From the IMG/VR virus record IMGVR_UViG_3300009506_000002, positions 78,378 to 142,377 of that record: a stretch of 64,000 nucleotides of DNA; one strand, 5' to 3'. Position 1 is the stretch's first letter. Each line of letters starts with the position of its first letter. Of this stretch, positions 48,029-56,524 are shown piece by piece. A program made the translations under genes and the position numbers. Under the pieces are notes generated by a model. The model was given only the letters and a program-made list of their open reading frames with translations, ran no database searches and had not been told where the DNA came from. The DNA is from a virus.

Positions 48029-48381
48029 TAAATGGCTCCGATGTGGACTTCACCTTGATCGTGAGTTGCTTCCGTTTTTGAAGGCAGTTGCCCTACGTAC
48101 TCATCGATGATATTGATGGCAGCGGCCATTACCTTGCTGTCAAAGTCAGCGGGAATTTCCTGCTCAAAGCCGGCCACGATCTTGTAGTCGACGTCGAGTA
48201 CTGGCATACCTGCAGACTCATCCATCTCGGTGTGGATGTCATCAATCCGTATGGTGATGCCATCGATCAGAATACCCGTGCTGCCAGGATGGCCTTCAAG
48301 CTTCTGATCTTCCTCGAGCTCTACCAGTTGAAAGGTAAAGCCCTCTTCGCCTTGATATGGTTCTACGATTTTTACTGTCAT
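48028..48381 (-). CDS. Hypothetical protein in the gp40 position
   Basis: Synteny uvsX-X-41 only. Confidence 0.55.
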   Translation of the reverse strand: MTVKIVEPYQGEEGFTFQLVELEEDQKLEGHPGSTGILIDGITIRIDDIHTEMDESAGMPVLDVDYKIVAGFEQEIPADFDSKVMAAAINIIDEYVGQLPSKTEATHDQGEVHIGAI

Positions 48382-48923
48382 TCGGATTCGTCCTCGTCGG
48401 TTAGAATTGCGTTTTCAGCCAGCATGTACTTCTTCTCAATGTCCTTGACGAACGATGTACCTTCAAGGATTGGAGCCCAGAACTCCTTGGTCGAAGTCTG
48501 CTTGCGGTGTGTTTGCTTGTCATCAGGAACACATGGTCTGGTGAAATAGCCGTTTCGTGGCTTGACAACATGACCAAACTCTTCCGCCAGTTCAAGAAGG
48601 CCTGACCACTTATCGACACCACCGTCGAACTTGACAGTGACAATGATCTTGCTCTTTTCCTTGACGTATCGAGACTTCTCGATGTTGATGACGAAGTTGT
48701 AACCAGCCAGATCCGAGCCTTCCTTCTCTTGCTGGCGTCCTACAATCCAGATGGTGTCTGAAGAGTAGATGCCGCCGGTGCCGCCTGATACAACAGCCTT
48801 TGAGAACATCTCCTGGGTATTATGTGAAATTAGTCCGTTTCCAAGAACATACGAATGAGATGGCGTCTCAAAGTCATATACCCGGTCTCTCCTAACATTA
48901 TGTCGTATGTTTTTTATTTTCAC
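48378..48923 (-). CDS. uvsX: UvsX C-terminal part fused to split-intein C-half (48819-48923)
   Basis: 35-aa IntC VYDFETPSHSY.LGNGLISHN then TQEMFSKAVVSGGTG, EKSRYVKEKS. Confidence 0.93.
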   Translation of the reverse strand: MKIKNIRHNVRRDRVYDFETPSHSYVLGNGLISHNTQEMFSKAVVSGGTGGIYSSDTIWIVGRQQEKEGSDLAGYNFVINIEKSRYVKEKSKIIVTVKFDGGVDKWSGLLELAEEFGHVVKPRNGYFTRPCVPDDKQTHRKQTSTKEFWAPILEGTSFVKDIEKKYMLAENAILTDEDESE

Positions 48924-49608
48924 CTTTCTCTCCTCTTTTCCATCGCATGCCGTAGACTGGGTTGCCCGGCCCTCGGCGCTCTATGCTCATTTTTCTATTT
49001 CTTTCGGTGTAATCATATGCCTTTGTTGCTGCAATACGCCGAGCTTCTTGCTCTGGTGTAAAGTTTGCTCGAACAATCTTAGATGCATTCGATCTTCGCA
49101 ATCTGCGAGCTTCTCTCAATTTGTCCTCGAGTCCGTTACAAACCGACCAATGACGCAATGATGAATTTACATTGTGCATAGACATTGAGTATTTTTCCGA
49201 TATTTGTTGTACTGTATAATTGCCCATGACATACAAATTCCAAATAACCACACATTGATCGGAATAATCACAAAACCCATACTTTCTTGCCCAAGCATCA
49301 CGAACCACATCAGAATGCCTCGCATTCGTAATCCTTCTCACCCACCCATATAGTTTATTGTTTCTTCCGGGTAGTGAGGTTGACATCATAACACAAGCAA
49401 AAACCAACCCACTCACTTCCGGATGCATCTTCAACAATAGCAGATGCGCCGTATAGTGTTCCTCAGGAAGAAGTTCGACAAGATTTGATTCGTCGTCTGA
49501 TCCTCCCATACATCTGGGTAATATATGGTGCCTTTCTAGATATTCGTTCAGAATATTCCTTTTTCTTGCTCGATCGATAAGTCTCTCGTAGTGTTTGCGA
49601 TAATTCAT
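48898..49608 (-). mobile_element. Free-standing HNH homing endonuclease
   Basis: ERHHILPRCMGGSDDESNLVELLPEEHYTAH; AT-rich; between intein halves. Confidence 0.9.
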
Positions 49609-49641
49609 ACGTTCTAAACCCTTTGTTCTATAAGTATGAAT

Positions 49642-50514
49642 TTATTTATACGAATCAATGATTTCACCTTCTCTGAGATCGCACACATATTTCCATTCAC
49701 CTTCCACCATAAACCGATGGCCGTCAGTGAACTCCAAGATCTCACCACTTTCTAACTCAATTTCAGTTATCCATGCGCCATCATGTTCTGTTGTCCACTT
49801 CACCGCTTCTGGTCCGGCAATGGTCATAACTTGATCGCCAGCAACGACATCCTTGATAGACTTTGTCGTTCCATCAGGCAACAAAACCGTCATCTTTTCC
49901 GTTCCGCATTGGTAGGTGTGGTTGATGGCAATGAGAGGAATGTCCTTCAGTGTGAGGTGCGGTGTGACAATACGCCACAAAGACTTCAACTGCTTCGCGC
50001 GCGTCATGTCAGCAACAGCCTTCATGTCGAGTGCGTCTTCGACTTCCTTCTTTGATGCCAGGTTACCGATTGAGTCAATGAACAGGATAACGTCATCCTC
50101 TTCCTCAATGTGATCGAGCTGATTCATGATGTCGAATTTCAGCTCTTCGATGTTGGTGATTGGGGTATGCACTACCCTCTGTGGGTCAATACCAACTGAC
50201 TTGAAATAGGACTGACCTGCGCCGAATTCTGAGTCATAGAACAGACAAACTGCATCAGGTTTAGCCTTCATGTAAGCCGCTGCCATGATCAGTCCGAACA
50301 GCGTCTTGAAGTGCTTAGACGGTCCTGCAATCATGGTCAAGCCACAACCCAGGCCACCCATAGGGCTACCAGACAGACCGATGTTGATAGCAGGAACCAC
50401 TGTAGGAACCAGCTTCTTATTGGAATGTACTTTTGAGTTGTCGAGTGTTTCGGTACGCTTAGTTAGCGTTGAATTTTTGAGTAGTCTTTCAGTCAGACTC
50501 GGTTTCGCTGCCAT
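49642..50514 (-). CDS. uvsX: UvsX (RecA-like) N-terminal part fused to split-intein N-half (49645-49908)
   Basis: AGPSKHFKT, YDSEFG, IDSIGNLAS, ADMTRAK, NHTYQ|CGT...FTDGHRF. Confidence 0.94.
   Translation of the reverse strand: MAAKPSLTERLLKNSTLTKRTETLDNSKVHSNKKLVPTVVPAINIGLSGSPMGGLGCGLTMIAGPSKHFKTLFGLIMAAAYMKAKPDAVCLFYDSEFGAGQSYFKSVGIDPQRVVHTPITNIEELKFDIMNQLDHIEEEDDVILFIDSIGNLASKKEVEDALDMKAVADMTRAKQLKSLWRIVTPHLTLKDIPLIAINHTYQCGTEKMTVLLPDGTTKSIKDVVAGDQVMTIAGPEAVKWTTEHDGAWITEIELESGEILEFTDGHRFMVEGEWKYVCDLREGEIIDSYK
49643..49650 (-). promoter_or_regulatory. T4 late promoter TATAAATA driving HNH/IntC
   Basis: Exact consensus overlapping uvsX-N stop. Confidence 0.7.
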
Positions 50515-50746
50515 TCTGTTCCTGTTCCTCTACGAGTTTATTGAAATGTCGCATGATAATATCGACGTTCGCAGGTTCCTTGATGAACATAGCAAGCGCG
50601 CCCATCAGTTGCTCGTAGGGCATCAGCGAGACGTCCTCCGGGCGGTCGGGCATTAGTAGTTGAACTCCATATCGTGAGCCTTCCTCATTCTCTCGTGAAA
50701 AGATGAGTACGGCGTCATCCTTGTGGAGTGGTAGATGTTCTGCCAT
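50489..50746 (-). CDS. Hypothetical protein
   Basis: AGGAG RBS. Confidence 0.65.
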   Translation of the reverse strand: MAEHLPLHKDDAVLIFSRENEEGSRYGVQLLMPDRPEDVSLMPYEQLMGALAMFIKEPANVDIIMRHFNKLVEEQEQNGSETESD

Positions 50747-50780
50747 TAAAACTCCTGTGTAGTTATGTTTCTACGACAAA

Positions 50781-50809
50781 AGTATATCAGACATGGAGTG
50801 AATTGTCAA
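50781..50809 (-). promoter_or_regulatory. sigma70-type promoter
   Basis: TTGACA-N17-TATACT. Confidence 0.8.
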
Positions 50810-50816
50810 GTGGAAA

Positions 50817-51137
50817 TTAGTTGTTCTTGTCGCGCTCTTTCTTCTTTTCACGGAGAGTCTTCAGGTACTCATCCGCGCGCTTGCGCATAGCTTTTTCTGC
50901 GTTAGTGGCAGTGCCATCCTCGATCTTCAGGTCATACTCGAAGACGACGTCTTCTTGCTGGCGGATCTGATATTCGAGAACGTCATTTTGAACCAGCAGA
51001 ATTTCGGCAGACTGATTGAAGCGTGCCTCGGCAGCCCAGACACTGGTGATCAGCATACCCACGATGCCCAGCACCGCAGCGAGGGACTTCAATGGGTTGT
51101 CTTTGATATACTTCACTGTGTCTTCTGATCCTGCCAT
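50817..51137 (-). CDS. Single-TM coiled-coil protein (possible lysis accessory)
   Basis: LAAVLGIVGMLITSVWAA; near SLT. Confidence 0.6.
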   Translation of the reverse strand: MAGSEDTVKYIKDNPLKSLAAVLGIVGMLITSVWAAEARFNQSAEILLVQNDVLEYQIRQQEDVVFEYDLKIEDGTATNAEKAMRKRADEYLKTLREKKKERDKNN

Positions 51138-51303
51138 TTTCTACCTATAACTAGGGACCCAGAGGCGCGTCAGCGGGGCTACCTACCGCAATGCTGCCAG
51201 TTCCGCATGGGTCGAATTGCACAGTCTTTAGATGCTGCTTCTGCCAATCAGCCATCTGGGCGTAGCTGTGCGCCTGCCCTACACCTGTGGCAAAGTGTAA
51301 AAC

Positions 51304-51321
51304 TATTTAGCGAACTAAATA
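51304..51321. promoter_or_regulatory. Back-to-back late promoters
   Basis: GCTAAATA (-) and ACTAAATA (+). Confidence 0.55.
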
Positions 51322-51392
51322 GATGAAAGTCATCAATGCACCCAAGATCAGTAGACCTCGGAAGATGATAATGTGGGTCGGCTTAGCCTCCC

Positions 51393-52034
51393 CTACATCA
51401 TAGCCACAACTTCTACCGTATTCCATGCTTGCTCCTCCTCGAAGATGTCAAATACTGCATTGGGATATCTCATGCTACCCTTTGAGCCATTGTAGGCCGC
51501 CAGTGCAACAGCAGGATCCTTGTACAGATCAAGATAATGTTTCAGAATGGTTGTACCGAAGCGAATGTTTGTGCGTGGGTCATAAAGGTTGACGGAGTAG
51601 GACTTGCGTGATGACCACACAATCCGACCTGATTTGTCCTCGCGCCAGTTAGGCATGATCTGCATCAGACCGCGAGCACCAACCTTTGAGCGCGCACGCG
51701 CGTTGAAACTTGACTCTTTGGCGATGACGCTGGCAACGAGCCAAGGGTTCAGGTCCTTTTTGTAGGAGTATTCCAGGATGAGGTCAACGTAATCATACAT
51801 CTCATCCTTGTCCTTCACGTAGTTGCCGACCGCGTCGATCAGTTTGTTGCGTAGAGGATAGTCCTCAATGTAACCTACCACTTCATTCGGAATCCACTCC
51901 TGTACGGTGTGAACCTGATTCTGAAAGGCCTTCTGTCCATAGTGATCAATGGCAGCAAGCGGCATGAATACGAGTGTGAATGTCAGAATGACGACAATAC
52001 TTACTCGCTTGAGGAAGCGATCTAGACGTGACAA
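51393..52034 (-). CDS. Lytic transglycosylase (SLT) with N-terminal TM anchor
   Basis: VIAKESSF, GARGLMQIMP, NIRFG, ALAAYNG. Confidence 0.92.
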   Translation of the reverse strand: MSRLDRFLKRVSIVVILTFTLVFMPLAAIDHYGQKAFQNQVHTVQEWIPNEVVGYIEDYPLRNKLIDAVGNYVKDKDEMYDYVDLILEYSYKKDLNPWLVASVIAKESSFNARARSKVGARGLMQIMPNWREDKSGRIVWSSRKSYSVNLYDPRTNIRFGTTILKHYLDLYKDPAVALAAYNGSKGSMRYPNAVFDIFEEEQAWNTVEVVAMM

Positions 52035-52049
52035 ATTTTGCTCCTGTGA

Positions 52050-52424
52050 TTAGCTTCTTTTCTTGAACGCCAGCCATCCAAACGCGCGCACAGCGTAGTA
52101 GATGACATTGCGGCGCCACTTGGCAACACCCAGAACTTCCATACCTTCAAGGAAGATATCGTCAGCCTCGCGGCGAGTGAAGTTTTCGAATGGTGTGCGG
52201 TAGATGTAGTCATGAACAATTGCAGCCTTGGCGTACTCACCATGAGGCGGCATGATTGCCCAGAACGGACGTGGTATTGAAGCGAGGTCAGTCACGAATC
52301 CCGCATGAACGCGGACGACGACCAGAGAGGGATACTCGCCTACGTGAAACTCAAAGCTCTCATAGACTTCAAAGTTTCTCTCTGGCAGCATCTTAAGAAT
52401 TACTGGTTTGGTAAACTCAGACAT
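52050..52424 (-). CDS. DUF1353-like protein
   Basis: GFVTDLASIPR, AAIVHDYIY, READDIF. Confidence 0.85.
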   Translation of the reverse strand: MSEFTKPVILKMLPERNFEVYESFEFHVGEYPSLVVVRVHAGFVTDLASIPRPFWAIMPPHGEYAKAAIVHDYIYRTPFENFTRREADDIFLEGMEVLGVAKWRRNVIYYAVRAFGWLAFKKRS

Positions 52425-52439
52425 GTTATATTTAGCTCC

Positions 52440-52727
52440 TTAGATGTACATCTCAAGACGAGGTTCAATGGTGTACAGGTCCTCGTCTACGCCAGCCAGC
52501 TCGTGTGGTGAAACCAGCTCTACCAGAATGCCGAAATGCTTGTTGAACACCCGGAGCAGGTTATTGTAGTCGCCTGACTTCATTTCGGTTATGATGGCTT
52601 TGGCATCCTGTCCTGTCTGGTCAGCAATATCGCCTGCAATGCCAAGAACAACGAATGTGTTGCCTTTTGTACCTGAAATGTCAAGCTTCTTACGGCGTAG
52701 TCCTTTGTAGTTGCTGTAGTTGCTCAT
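52440..52727 (-). CDS. Conserved phage hypothetical protein
   Basis: DISGTKGNTF.VLG...EMKSGDY. Confidence 0.75.
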   Translation of the reverse strand: MSNYSNYKGLRRKKLDISGTKGNTFVVLGIAGDIADQTGQDAKAIITEMKSGDYNNLLRVFNKHFGILVELVSPHELAGVDEDLYTIEPRLEMYI

Positions 52728-52754
52728 AACGATCTCCTTTCACTCAATGTATGA

Positions 52755-52783
52755 AGTCTAGCAGATAAAGAAGGCGCTGTCAA
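52755..52783 (-). promoter_or_regulatory. sigma70-type early promoter
   Basis: TTGACA-N17-TAGACT. Confidence 0.8.
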
Positions 52784-52804
52784 GACTGTCTTGACAGCGC
52801 CTTC
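52770..52804. terminator. 16-bp perfect inverted repeat (terminator-like) containing the -35 box
   Basis: gaaggcgctgtcaaga-ctg-tcttgacagcgccttc. Confidence 0.7.
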
Positions 52805-52832
52805 GAGTTATACGTTAAACCTAGGAATAACG

Positions 52833-53357
52833 TTAATTGTGAGTACGACCCTCGTTCTTGCTCTTAACAATGTGGTCTGCGCAATGAGAGCTTGCCCATG
52901 AGTCTGGCTTCAAAACGTGCTTGAAGCCGTAGCCGACGACCATACCAGCCAGAGCCTTTACGTGATCAGATGAAGCGTAGTGGGTGTCTGGGTTTGCGTC
53001 AACGTGGACGAGGATACGCTCACGAATTACGTCACCACGAGCCTCGGTCAGCTCGACAGCCAACTGCAATGAAAGCATAGTCTCATTGTAGAGCTTCTCC
53101 CACAGGTTATTGGTTGGTACGTTGCGGAACTTCAAGTAGAAGACACGAGCACCACGACCGAATGGGTCATGAACAATTACGCAGGTTACGTAGTTGCAGA
53201 GTCCTTTCTTGCTTGCCTTCTGCGCGTCGGTTCCGATGTGGACGATGGTTGATGAAGACGCAAGGAATGGCTCAAGACCTTCGACGAGGTCTACGTTCTT
53301 CTTGTCGATGTTACGCCACTGCTCTTGCAGTAAGTTCTCAAACTTTATCTGTGCCAT
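52833..53357 (-). CDS. RNase H-like YkuK (DUF458) family protein
   Basis: HIGTDAQ, LYNETMLSL, VHVDAN, KPDSWASSHCAD. Confidence 0.85.
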   Translation of the reverse strand: MAQIKFENLLQEQWRNIDKKNVDLVEGLEPFLASSSTIVHIGTDAQKASKKGLCNYVTCVIVHDPFGRGARVFYLKFRNVPTNNLWEKLYNETMLSLQLAVELTEARGDVIRERILVHVDANPDTHYASSDHVKALAGMVVGYGFKHVLKPDSWASSHCADHIVKSKNEGRTHN

Positions 53358-53389
53358 GATAGCCTCCTTGCGGTATCAATAAATTCTAA

Positions 53390-53465
53390 TGGTGCGCCAC
53401 CCGGGACTCGAACCCGGACTGTTCAGGGTTTAAACCTGTTGCCTCTGCCGTTGCGCTAGTGGCGC
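53390..53465 (-). tRNA. tRNA-Leu(TAA), short variable loop
   Basis: Cloverleaf, TTCGA T-loop, encoded CCA. Confidence 0.85.
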
Positions 53466-53472
53466 GCTTGCG

Positions 53473-53676
53473 TCACGCTTCGATCTCTTGAATGATGCGA
53501 TAAACGAACCCTGCATTTACGGGTTCTTTGGCTGACTGCAAACAGAGTAGCAAGAGCTGCTGTTCTGTGAGTCTAGCCCAACGTTCATCGCTCAAAGCGT
53601 TACGAACAATTCTCATTGCCTCAATCGCTGAAGATACCTTCATGAATTGGGGCTGTGAATCATCTCTGTCCTTCAT
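53473..53676 (-). CDS. Hypothetical protein
   Basis: AGGAG RBS. Confidence 0.6.
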   Translation of the reverse strand: MKDRDDSQPQFMKVSSAIEAMRIVRNALSDERWARLTEQQLLLLCLQSAKEPVNAGFVYRIIQEIEA

Positions 53677-53742
53677 ACGCTCTCCTGATAATATAGCTTA
53701 TCAGAAAAGCTTTCTAGACGCTATGACCCACGTCACATAAAC

Positions 53743-53843
53743 TGGAGCGGGCTTGCGCTGGCGGCGAAACTTGAATTCTAGGCCCAGCCAAACCACTCTT
53801 CTAAGGTACCCTCAAGTGGGACGTTATGGGATCACCAGCCCGC
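53743..53843 (-). ncRNA. Unassigned 101-nt RNA with acceptor-like stem and CCA
   Basis: GCGGGCT...AGCCCGC-T-CCA, no T-loop. Confidence 0.55.
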
Positions 53844-53849
53844 ATTGTA

Positions 53850-53923
53850 TGGATCTCCGGGGAGGGGTCGAACCTCCGTCTCCTGGTTCAGAGCCAGGTA
53901 TCCTGCCATTAGACGACCAGAGA
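53850..53923 (-). tRNA. tRNA-Gln(CTG)
   Basis: Cloverleaf with CCA. Confidence 0.9.
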
Positions 53924-53937
53924 ATAAAAGCCTAAGT

Positions 53938-54158
53938 ACCTTGAAGGGGTTACCACTGAAAGCACGTCCCAACTCATCTAAGGTTGGTCTGACCGCTTGG
54001 GCTTTGTTTTGGCTATTTTGGCCCGGCGGCACCCGGTGTTTTGTTTCTAGGTTCCTGCCTACGGATGGGACGACACACCCTTGTCAGCCCGGCGCATTTG
54101 CGGAATCCGCCGAGAGATACCGTGCTCTTTGCAAGTCATGAAGTTGCCAACCTTCAAA
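53938..54158 (-). ncRNA. Unassigned structured RNA (~220 nt)
   Basis: Nested stems ttgaagg/ccttcaa, agcacg/cgtgct, ctcggcgg/ccgccggg. Confidence 0.45.
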
Positions 54159-54215
54159 TTGGAGACGGGACATGCCCGCACTCTCCGCCACCGCATTTTT
54201 CTAAACGCGGAAAAC

Positions 54216-54293
54216 TGGTACCCGCCCCGGGATTCGAACCCGGACTGTTCAGCTTTTGAAGCTGCTGCCTCCTGCCAATTGCGCTAGACGGGC
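54216..54293 (-). tRNA. tRNA-Leu(CAA), short variable loop
   Basis: Cloverleaf with CCA. Confidence 0.85.
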
Positions 54294-54299
54294 ATATTG

Positions 54300-54507
54300 A
54301 AAACACTGACCGATAGCCGGGATTCTGTCTTGGGTGACCATTCGCCTATCTGCCACAACCCGGAATCTCAGGCTAGAACTTGCCTCATCCTGTTTGTGTT
54401 GCACAGCCCCTTGCGGTATATCTGTAGTGAAACGCCAAAGGCTCCTACAGCATGTTCTGGCTGTGTCCCGAGCTTCCTCACCGTAGTGCGGTCACCTGGT
54501 CAGTTTT
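54300..54507 (-). ncRNA. rnpB: Minimal RNase P RNA
   Basis: P1 ctgacc/ggtcag, P2 ggtgacc/ggtcacc, GAGGAAGCTCGGG, GTGCAACA, ACAGAATCCCGGCTA. Confidence 0.85.
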
Positions 54508-54694
54508 CTCTTATGATGCTGAAACCCTCAACCTTGGTGATATCGGGCAGAACATCAATGTTGTAGATCAAGCGCCATGTACCGTCTGGCAGTTGATCAA
54601 GATGTATCATCCTTTTGTCGGTACGTACCGACGTGACCTTTGAAAGCTCTAGCTCTTCGCCTGTGCCTTCAATGCGTATGGCTCTACGTGTCAA
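54500..54694 (-). CDS. Hypothetical protein
   Basis: TTG start overlapping upstream stop; stop inside RNase P P1. Confidence 0.55.
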   Translation of the reverse strand: MTRRAIRIEGTGEELELSKVTSVRTDKRMIHLDQLPDGTWRLIYNIDVLPDITKVEGFSIIREN

Positions 54695-54948
54695 GCCAGC
54701 GACACCGTGGTCAGGTTGCTCTTGCGTACACGCTGCAGAGCTGCACGCTGGTTGCCGTGCTTGTCGATGTACGGAATCAGGACTTCCTGATGTCCAGGAC
54801 TTACTGGATTGCGCCAGTGATCCTTCTTGTTCTTGGCAGCTTTGGCATCAAACGGAGCAAAGCTCGGGATGACTGCGCGCTTGCCTTTCTTCAGAACCAG
54901 TCGTTTTGTGGTTGGTGCCTCAAGGGCTGATAGATCCACCTTTTTCAT
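54691..54948 (-). CDS. Hypothetical basic protein
   Basis: AGGAG RBS. Confidence 0.6.
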   Translation of the reverse strand: MKKVDLSALEAPTTKRLVLKKGKRAVIPSFAPFDAKAAKNKKDHWRNPVSPGHQEVLIPYIDKHGNQRAALQRVRKSNLTTVSLA

Positions 54949-55122
54949 TACCCACTCCTTACTTGAACAGAAATTCTGTCATACGGAAAACTTCACTCTT
55001 TGAGTAGCCCATGATGCGAAGTTTTCTCTTTGCGCGCTCATAACCAAACTTCTTGATCAGCGCCACAATATCAGGTCCTTTAGCTCTTGCCAAAACACGA
55101 CTCCTTTTTCAATCAAAATAAC

Positions 55123-55194
55123 TGGTAGCGGCGGAAGGAGTCGAACCTTCCCACAGAGCTTATGAGTCTCCAGCCTGCACCACGCAGCGCCGCC
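55123..55194 (-). tRNA. Atypical tRNA, anticodon CAT (Met/Ile2), reduced D-arm
   Basis: CTCATAA loop, T-arm, CCA. Confidence 0.65.
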
Positions 55195-55453
55195 ATATAC
55201 AACCAGCAACTCCCTACAGCGCCAGTTGAAGCCATAACCTGACGGCACAGGGCATAACTAAACGTGGATTGAACCAGATCGTCATGCGTACCCCTTGGTC
55301 AATTTTCGCGCCTGGATGACAGTCTAAGGGAGAACTGTCAGAGCACCTACGCCCACCGTTTTGATTGAGACGTGCCCGCCACTTTCAGGCTGCCAGCTCC
55401 TCCCCTCTCGGGGCGTTCTCTAATAAACCACCGTCTCTTGCTTCAAAGCAATT

Positions 55454-55531
55454 TGGATGCTGAAGCCCTGGAGTTGAACCAGGTTTAAAGAGGTTATGAG
55501 CCTCCAGCAGATACCGACCTGCCCGCCAGCA
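55454..55531 (-). tRNA. Atypical tRNA, anticodon CAT, bulged acceptor stem
   Basis: CTCATAA loop, TTCAACT T-loop, CCA. Confidence 0.6.
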
Positions 55532-55536
55532 ATAAT

Positions 55537-55614
55537 TGGTTGCGGAGGTCGGATTCGAACCGACGACCTCTAGGTTATGAGCCTAGCGAGCTAAACCGCT
55601 GCTACCACTCCGCA
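55537..55614 (-). tRNA. tRNA-Met(CAT), initiator-like body
   Basis: Cloverleaf with CCA. Confidence 0.9.
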
Positions 55615-55619
55615 ATAAT

Positions 55620-55704
55620 TGGTGCCCTTGGAGGGATTCGAACCCTCACGCCCTAAGACACTGGCCTCTGATGCCAGCGCGTCTACCAATTCCACCACAA
55701 GGGC
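55620..55704 (-). tRNA. tRNA-Leu(CAG)
   Basis: Class II cloverleaf with CCA. Confidence 0.9.
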
Positions 55705-55709
55705 AGTGA

Positions 55710-55937
55710 TCAGCTAACGACGAAGTTGTAAATCAGATGCTTCATCGTAGCCTTCGGATATTTCTCCTTAATGCTATCAACTCCAGCAAAACGTTCTTTC
55801 GATCCTGTGTAGAGCGTCGATTGCTTGCGGTCCCTGACGAACTCCTTCTGATCTTCATTCCAGAAGCAATTCGGGATCCTTGCATGAGCAATGCGAGCCG
55901 GTGTCGTTTCGGGATTTACCTGAATCTGACCATTCAT
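55710..55937 (-). CDS. Hypothetical protein, paralogue of 56521-56760
   Basis: PA.IAHA...F..E.QK.FVRD; promoter at 55960-55988. Confidence 0.7.
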   Translation of the reverse strand: MNGQIQVNPETTPARIAHARIPNCFWNEDQKEFVRDRKQSTLYTGSKERFAGVDSIKEKYPKATMKHLIYNFVVS

Positions 55938-55970
55938 TATATTCTCCTTCGCGTGCTCTACTCTAGCATC

Positions 55971-56222
55971 TTATGAGGTTGCTGTCAATGGCACATATTC
56001 TCCGTCTTTGTAAGACGTGATGTACTCAAGAGACAATCGCGGATTCTTATGCTCGAAGTTTAAGGAACGGGCAACTTCGATGGTAGAATCACGTTCCGCA
56101 TTGTGACGGATACACTCGTCACACTTTGCATGCGAAACCGGACCCAACTGACTTGCGACTACCCAGAGGTGCGTCTTTTTGCCGCACACATCACAAGTAT
56201 CGAACAAATTAGGTTCACGCAT
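55971..56222 (-). CDS. Zinc-finger protein, paralogue of 22117-22521
   Basis: CDVC...ASQLGPVSHAKCDEC. Confidence 0.7.
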   Translation of the reverse strand: MREPNLFDTCDVCGKKTHLWVVASQLGPVSHAKCDECIRHNAERDSTIEVARSLNFEHKNPRLSLEYITSYKDGEYVPLTATS

Positions 56223-56235
56223 AACAACCTCACAA

Positions 56236-56293
56236 TGGCGCGCCTACAGGGATTCGAACCCTCACGCCCTAAGACACTGGCCTCTGATGCCAG
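56236..56293 (-). pseudogene. Chimeric 3' fragment of tRNA-Leu(CAG)
   Basis: About 46 bp identical to the 55620 tRNA, foreign acceptor 3' strand, no 5' half. Confidence 0.8.
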
Positions 56294-56524
56294 AGTGACC
56301 AGCCTATCCACTCCAATATCGATGCCATTATCCCACTCCACAGAATGGCCCCACAGGCCAACCTGTGCGGTTGCAAATGCCTTGGCGTCTTTCAGTGGGG
56401 CGAAAGCCTTGCTGCTGGAAATGAGCTTGCCGAGGTCGATTTCGTATGCGTTTCCATCATTGCAGTTGATGGAGATGGAGTGCCTTTTGATCACGGCTAC
56501 GTTAGTGATGGTGTTCTTCTTCAT
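56294..56524 (-). pseudogene. DUF2442-family protein fragment fused into tRNA remnant
   Basis: FAPLKD..AF..AQVGLWGHSVEWDNGIDIG.DRL. Confidence 0.7.
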
